Assembly: GCA_038087875.1 (NCBI GenBank)
Contig: JAXLNO010000385.1
Coordinates: 682,001 to 746,000 of the forward strand
Reading direction: 5' to 3'
Length of the DNA: 64,000 nt
Source: Malacoraja senta
Taxonomy: Eukaryota
Numbering within the stretch: the first letter of the stretch is position 1; each line of letters opens with the position of its first letter. The position numbers and the translations under genes are program-made. This document shows, one piece after another, positions 50,044 through 64,000 of this stretch. The notes beneath the pieces are model-generated. The model worked only from the letters and a program-made list of their open reading frames with translations, was not told where the DNA came from and searched no databases.

Positions 50044-51869
50044 CTCGAACTCGAACTCGCTCTCGAACTTTCTCTCGAACTCGCACTCTATCTCGAACTC
50101 GCTCTCGAACATTCTCTCGAACTCGCACTCTATCTCAAACTCGAATTCGAACTCGAATACGATCTCGAACTCTATCTCGAACTCGAGTTGGAGTTCGACT
50201 TGCTGGCGGACCACCGAGGCAAATTCCTTGTATGTGAATACTTGGCCAATAAATGTATTTATTCATTCATTCATTCATTCATTCATTCATGCTGTAATTA
50301 ATTAATTAATTAATTAACTAATCGATCAATTAATTAATTAAATAATTAATTCAACTCAAACTCGAACTCGAACTCGAACTCTATCTCGAACTCAAAATAT
50401 AACTCGAACTCGAACTCCAACTGGAACTCGAAATCTATCTCGAATTCGATCTCGAAACTCGAGTTCGAGTTACGGGCGGAGCACCAAGGCAAATTCCTTG
50501 TATGTGAATACATGCCCAATAAACGTATTCATTCACTCATTCATTTAACTCGAACTCGAGCTCGAACTTGAACTCGAACTCGAACTCGTACTCTATCTCC
50601 ATCTCGAACTCGATCTCAAACTCCGAGTTCGAGTTCGACTTGCGGGCGGAGCACCAACGCAAATTCCTTGTATATGAATACTTGGCCAATAAATTCATTC
50701 ATTCATTCATTCATTAATCATTCATTCATTCATTCATTCATTCATTCATTCATTCATTCATTCAACTCGAACTCGAGCTGGAACTCGAACTAACTCCAAC
50801 TCGATCTCGAACTCGAACTCGAACTCGATCTCGATCTCGAATTCGAATTAGAACTCGAACTGTATCGTGAACTACAACTCTATCTCGACATCGAACTATC
50901 TCGAACTCGAACTCCATCTCGAAGTCGAAAACTATCTCGAACTCTCTCTCGAACTCTCTCTCGATCTAGAACTCGATCTCGAATCATATATCGATCGCTC
51001 TGTCGAACACAAACTCTATCTCGAACACCATCTCGACCTCGAACTCTATTGCAAACTCGAGTTGGGTTTCCAACTTGCGGGCGGAGCACCAAGGCAAATT
51101 CCTTGTATGTGAAGACTTGGCCAATAAATTCATTCATTCATTCATTCATTCATTCATTCATTCATTCACTCGACCTCGAGCTCGAACTCGAACTTGATCT
51201 AGAACTCGAACTCTATCTCGAACTCTAATTCGAACTATATATGTCGACCTCGAAATCTATCTCGAACTCGAAATCTATCTCGAACTCGAACTCGAACTCG
51301 AACTCGAAATCTATCTCGAACTCGAACTCGAATTAGATCTAGAACTCGAGTTAGAGTTACGGGCGGAGCACCAAGGCAATTTTCTTGTATGTGAATATTG
51401 GTCAATAAACCTATTCATTCATTCATTCGTTCATTCATTCATTCATTCATTCATTCATTCATTCATTCATTTAACTCGAACTCGAGCTCGAATCTATCTC
51501 GAACTCGAACTCAATCTCGAACTCGAACCAACTCCAACTGCAACTTGAACTCGAACTCGCACTCGAATTCGTACTCTCTCGGATCGCAAAATCGAGTTCG
51601 AGTTCGACTTGCGGGCGGAGCATCAAGGCAAATTCCGTGTATGTGAATACATGGCCAATGAACTTATTCATTCATTCATTCATTCATTCATTCATTCATT
51701 CATTCATTTATTCATTCAACTCGAACTCGAGCTCGAGCTCGAACTTGAACTAGAACTCGAACTCTGTCTCGAACTCGAATTCGAACTAACTGTATCTCTC
51801 TCTCTATCTCTCTCTCTCTCTCGAACTCGATCTCGAACATGATCTCGAACTCGTACTAGAACTCGGTCG

Positions 51870-51870
<1 letters not shown>
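50044..51870 (+). repeat. Tandem array: (CTCGAA)n - conserved ~54-bp core - (TTCA)n, six cores
   Basis: Core TTGCGGGCGGAGCACCAAGGCAAATTCCTTGTATGTGAATACTTGGCCAATAAA at 50200, 50470, 50640, 51075, 51357 and 51609. It ends in AATAAA plus (TTCA)n, like a retroposon (Rex1/RTE-type) 3' terminus. Confidence 0.9.
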
Positions 51871-59733
<7,863 letters not shown>

Positions 59734-59749
59734 GAAATGTCTCTTAAAC

Positions 59750-60430
59750 TTCCGTTATTCCGAATAACGGAAGATGATCCAGAACTAAATGTGTTTCAAA
59801 AGAAATTAATGGACTATGGGTTAATAACTGGAAAAAAGCTAATTCTAAAATTTTGGAAGAAGGCTCCAATACCAACTATAAATATGTGGATTTCAAATAT
59901 GTTTGAAACATTACACCTAGAAGAGATAAGACTCCTCCTAGCAGGTAAACCAGATCACTTCCACCTGACGTGGTCTGCATTTATAGAATTATTACAAACA
60001 TAGGGTGCAAAATTACTTTAAAAAAAATAAAAAATTGAGGTCAGGTAAGGGGGGATGATAGTTGAAGAGTTGGTATGTCCTATTTACGTAATGCTTAAAA
60101 AAACATTTGTTTTTCTTTTTTTTTCCTCTCTCTCTTTCTCTTTTTTTTCCTAGGGCCTATCTCTTGACTCTTTTTCTTTTGTTTTTAATTTCGCTCTTAT
60201 AGGGTCTTCGTCCTTTTTTGTTGTTACATTTTCTACACTTTTCTACACTTTCACTTTTTCCTTCACTTTCTTCTTTCTTTCAATCTTTTCCTTTTCTAGT
60301 GTAAAAAAATAAATAAAGGGAGTACATTAATTGTAAGAAGATACAAATGACGAGTATTAATGTATGTGGTTGTAATGTAATGTACTTTTAATAAATAAAA
60401 ATAAAATAAAAAAAAAAAAATAAAAAAAAA
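59750..60430 (+). mobile_element. 5'-truncated L1 insertion with 16-bp TSD and poly(A) tail
   Basis: ORF2 C-terminus ...LMDYGLITGKKLILKFWKKAPIPTINMWISNMFETLHLEEIR...FHLTWSAFIELLQT* (TAG 60001-60003), T-rich 3' UTR, AATAAA plus A-tail. TSD GAAATGTCTCTTAAAC at 59734-59749 and 60431-60446. Confidence 0.92.
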
Positions 60431-60660
60431 GAAATGTCTCTTAAACGTTGTTTCAATGAGGTCCCCCTCGTTATTCTAAACTCCAGTGAGTACAGGCCCA
60501 GTGCCGATAAACGCTCATCATATGTTGAGCACAGTTTATCAACCTGGCCACGACAACTTGGTTTAACATAGACAAACACTTCAGACGAGACCCCATCTCT
60601 CACTCTCCACTCCCCGTCCCGCTCTCTCTCCTCCCCTACCCACCCTTCTCTCTCCATCCC
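60431..60660 (-). mobile_element. Continuation of the CR1-derived module interrupted by the L1
   Basis: Minus-strand TYDERLSALGLYSLEFRITRG, homologous to 54150-54300. Confidence 0.75.

Positions 60661-60661
<1 letters not shown>

Positions 60662-60730
<69 letters not shown>
60662..60730. repeat. (CT)n microsatellite
   Basis: Directly visible. Confidence 0.95.
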
Positions 60731-60738
<8 letters not shown>

Positions 60739-60840
60739 TACTTTTCAAAAACTTTATTCAACACACTCAATGATACATCACATCAATACATAATCAAAAG
60801 ATACATTATATCAAAAGACATCATTATAGTACAACAGTAC
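60731..60840 (-). mobile_element. Probable 3' tail of an antisense retroposon
   Basis: T-run followed by TTTATT (AATAAA on the minus strand) and AT-rich UTR-like sequence. It stops at the L1 5' end. Confidence 0.4.
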
Positions 60841-61033
60841 GACTTCCGGTGGCGTCATGTTAGACTAACAGACGTGCACCCAGCTCCTCTCCCGAAAAAC
60901 TTCACGATTTATCGTGTAAAACGGGTCCGAAAATCGGGATTGTTTTTAAAAACCTTACCGGAGCTTCTGGATACCGCGCTGATGACGTCATCGTTAAACG
61001 CGATGTTTTAAACGGTGGTTTGAAGCCCTTTAA
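60841..61033 (+). promoter_or_regulatory. L1 5' UTR internal promoter candidate (ETS-type ACTTCCGG at 60842-60849; palindromic CRE GATGACGTCATC at 60981-60992)
   Basis: Motifs are seen in the sequence. Function is inferred from known L1 internal promoters. Confidence 0.5.
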
Positions 61034-62103
61034 ATGAGTAAATTGACTCCAGCTGTGAGCCCTCAGAGAGCTGTGAATAAGCTGTCGAAAAAGTTCGAAG
61101 CAGAAGTTACCTCTGAAGTCTCTGAAGTGGCTGCAGAAATGGATACAAGATCTAAGAAAGACTTTGATGACTTGAAGAAATCAATGAAAAATTTGAAAGA
61201 TGAGATCTCGGATAATAGGGTGGAAGATAAGAAGGAAATGAAGGAAAATTCGGCAAAAATGATGGAAGGAATGGAGAAGATGATGAAGGATTTAAACGCT
61301 GGTAACCAGAAGAATATGACGGATTTACTGGACATTATGAATAAACGAATTGATGAGGTGAAAGATGGACTATCAGAGAAAATGGATAAGATGGATGTAA
61401 TTACTACGGATAAGTTCACGGCTGTACTTGAAACAGTAGCTGCAAGTATGCACACAATTACGGAATTGGAGAAAAATACGGCTCGACTGGTTGAAGACAT
61501 GGCGAAATTGAGGCAAGAACATGAGCAAATGAGGCGAGAAAACGAACAAGCATCACTACAAATGGGGACTAAATTAGAGAAAGTCTCATTCAAATGCCTG
61601 GACCTGGAAGCTCGCTCTAGACGCCAGAATTTGAGAATTCTTGGTGTTTCAGAGGGGGCAGAAGGGGAACAGGTACGTGAATTTGCCATGGGCTTGTTGA
61701 AACAACTGTTGAATCTTTCCAAGGAACCGAAAATCGAAGTGGCTCATCGTGTCCCAAGATTTGGAAAAAGATCTGATGCGGGAAAAGCTTATCCACGACA
61801 TATTATAGTGAAATTTCGAGATACTGCAGAACTGGAATACGTTATGAGTAAAATCAAATATGGTGTACAATTACGGCTGGACAAGGACACTATTAAGATA
61901 TTCAGGGACTACCCACATGAAATTGTGCAAAAAAGAAACAAATTTGATAAGGTTAAAGATCTTTTAAGAGGGAGAGAAGGGGTCAGATTTGGGGGTTTTA
62001 TCCCGCGAAAATGCGTATTTCCTTTAATGGTCTTGAAAAGTCATTTGTTAAGCCTGAAGACGCTTTCAAATATGCCCAAACGATTGTTGAAAAACAGAAA
62101 TAA
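61034..62103 (+). CDS. L1 ORF1p (coiled coil + RRM + CTD, Transposase_22/L1TD1-like), one frameshift at ~61991-61999
   Basis: Heptad-rich N-terminus, then DLEARSRRQNLRILGVSEGAE, EVAHRV, PRHIIVKF and IFRDY. Adding one base in GGGGGTTTT gives GVRFGGFYPAKMRISFNGLEKSF..PEDAFKY..QK* (TAA 62101-62103), the conserved CTD. The track's end at 62242 is out of frame. Confidence 0.9.
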
Positions 62104-62908
62104 AAGGGAGCTTTGGCAGATCCGAATAATTCTCAGCTATGTTTTGTCTGGGGATAGTTACACTGTTATCTCTGGAATGTTGAAGCAAGGACATTTTCTG
62201 TTCAAAACGTGTAAACAACTTTATAGCTGGAATATGAATTAGAAAATAATTGCTTATTGATTAAAATGTTATAACCAATTGTAAGAACTTATCCTATTAA
62301 CAACTTTAAAAGTTATGCAGGTTAGATTAGAATACTAACAAAAAAAACAAAAAATAATGAACTAACATACTAATATGAATTTTTAATAAATTGTAACCTT
62401 GTCTATAAGCGGGAGGAGGGGATGAGAAACGAGCTCCTGGCTTATGTCCAGGAGCACGTCTCGTTAACCCCTTCAACCAACAGCTGATTCTTATTGAAAT
62501 CAAAAATATTGGTTTAATAATTAAACTCTGATATATATATATGTTATAAGGAAATATCAGGGTAAAATTGTATTATATATCTGAATGTGAGGCCTCGTTT
62601 TAATATTTTAATATGTTATGATTAACTAAGAGAGCGGAGCTAGTTGAGCAACAACGCAATGGAAGTCAAAATAAGGTTTTTTCCCACCTACAGGTGGGTC
62701 ACTCGCTACAGTGCCGACTATAGACACTGTAGCCTCACTTTTTTAGTTTTTTTTTTATCACATAAAATCACTTGTTTGTGTTTTGTGTTTAGTGATAAGA
62801 ATAATATGGACATACCAACAAAAGTTAATAATTCAAAAACTCCCCCAATACCTAAAGACCTGGGATATGGACGCACCACAAGATTCAAAGGTACTATAAT
62901 TATTCAAA

Positions 62909-64000
62909 ATGCATGACACCACACAAAAGAACCTAGGAGGAATCTCATTTTGTAGTTGGAATATAAGAGGTATTAACGAACCTATCAAAAGGGGTAAGAT
63001 ATTAGCTCAGCTAAAAATGTATAATTCTGACATTACCTTCCTACAAGAAACACACCTAAAACCTCAGGACCAAGTTAGGCTGAGGGCGAAATGGATAGGT
63101 CAAACATACCACTCTTCATTCACTTCAAAATCTAGAGGCACGTCAATTATCATAAGAAAAGGTATACCATTTAAAGCAAAGAATATTATAACAGATATAG
63201 AAGGGAGATACCTAATAGTTAATGGAGAAATCCATGACACTCCACTTACTTTGGTAAATATATATGCCCCTAACTTTGATAACCCCCACTTTTTCAATAA
63301 AATCTTCAATATAATTGCAGAGTCAAACTATCAAAATGTTATAATAGGCGGAGACTTTAACTGTGTTTTAGATCCGTACTTAGATAAATCAAGTCAAAAA
63401 CAGAGAGGGAATATGAAATCGAAAACTGGGGAACTCCTCAATACCTCCATAAATAACACTAATATAGCAGATGTTTGGAGAATTGTGAATCCAACTGGCA
63501 GGGAATATTCGTTTTACTCAATGGTACATAAAACATACTCACGTATAGACTACTTTCTGCTGGATACAAAATTAATCCCCCAAACATCTAATGCAATATA
63601 CCATACAAATTCAATTTCAGACCATTCTCCACTAACTTTCTTTTTAAAACTGGAAGGATTGTCTAAGAATAATTCATTCTGGAGATTTAACTCTCAAATT
63701 TTAAAAGATCCACAAGCGAGTATATATTTAAAAGAACAAATGGAGGTCTTTTTTCAAACAAATGATACTTCAGATATATCGCCTACTTTACTTTGGGAAT
63801 CTTTTAAAGCATACATTAGGGGTATTATAATTTCATATCAAGCTTTTCAAAATAAAAAGAATAAGAATGAACAAAGACAGTTAGAAGAACTTATTAGACA
63901 AATGGATATAGATAATGCTAAAGATCCATCAATAGATAAACATAATAAAATAATAATTTTAAAATTTAAATTAAATACATTATTATCTGCCAAACTTATA
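62909..64000 (+). CDS. L1 ORF2p N-terminus: APE-type endonuclease and linker (open to the window edge)
   Basis: ATG at 62909 and no stop to 64000. Motifs SWNIRG, FLQETHL, NIYAPN, GGDFN, DVWR, YSRIDY, SDHSP, WRFN and WESFKAYIRG. Missing from the ORF track because it has no stop in the window. Confidence 0.95.
   Translation, partial: MHDTTQKNLGGISFCSWNIRGINEPIKRGKILAQLKMYNSDITFLQETHLKPQDQVRLRAKWIGQTYHSSFTSKSRGTSIIIRKGIPFKAKNIITDIEGRYLIVNGEIHDTPLTLVNIYAPNFDNPHFFNKIFNIIAESNYQNVIIGGDFNCVLDPYLDKSSQKQRGNMKSKTGELLNTSINNTNIADVWRIVNPTGREYSFYSMVHKTYSRIDYFLLDTKLIPQTSNAIYHTNSISDHSPLTFFLKLEGLSKNNSFWRFNSQILKDPQASIYLKEQMEVFFQTNDTSDISPTLLWESFKAYIRGIIISYQAFQNKKNKNEQRQLEELIRQMDIDNAKDPSIDKHNKIIILKFKLNTLLSAKLI

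Larger units (their letters stand above)
60841..64000 (+). mobile_element. L1-clade LINE, 5' portion (5' UTR, ORF1, ~800-bp inter-ORF, ORF2 endonuclease); runs off the window
   Basis: Starts GACTTCCGGTGGCGTCATG (the ACTTCCGG-type 5' end seen in non-mammalian L1s), with a CpG-rich UTR, ORF1 and ORF2 as below. Confidence 0.92.

Noticed and set aside
61063..61722. 219-aa antisense ORF
   Set aside because: Shadow of L1 ORF1 on the opposite strand.

Overview
Repeat-dominated vertebrate genomic DNA. The repeat inventory and the GPR139-like receptor suggest a cartilaginous fish (skate/ray/shark; inference). The only host gene is a two-exon GPR139/GPR142-like GPCR on the minus strand (exon 1 5379-5448, exon 2 ~1140-2000). 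It has two frameshifts, both in homopolymers, and a 1.9-kb poly-C tract in its intron. Next come CR1/L2 LINE and SINE fragments, a decayed Helitron PIF1 helicase and tandem non-autonomous Helitron-like copies. A 37.9-kb (GATA)n satellite contig lies between two 200-N gaps and shows ~1 kb, ~2 kb and ~9.8 kb higher-order periodicity. To its right are a Crack/L2-like LINE 3' end, a six-unit array of a conserved ~54-bp core spaced by (CTCGAA)n and (TTCA)n, and a ~3.1-kb tandem duplication of mosaic repeat modules with degenerate hammerhead-like motifs. The window ends with a 5'-truncated L1 with a 16-bp TSD and the 5' half of a young L1 (ORF1 plus an open ORF2 endonuclease). Nearly all long ORFs in the track are simple-repeat artefacts. 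I cannot support a new protein-coding system; the best leads are structural (satellite HOR, core/spacer array, Helitron-satellite link, L1 inter-ORF hairpins).
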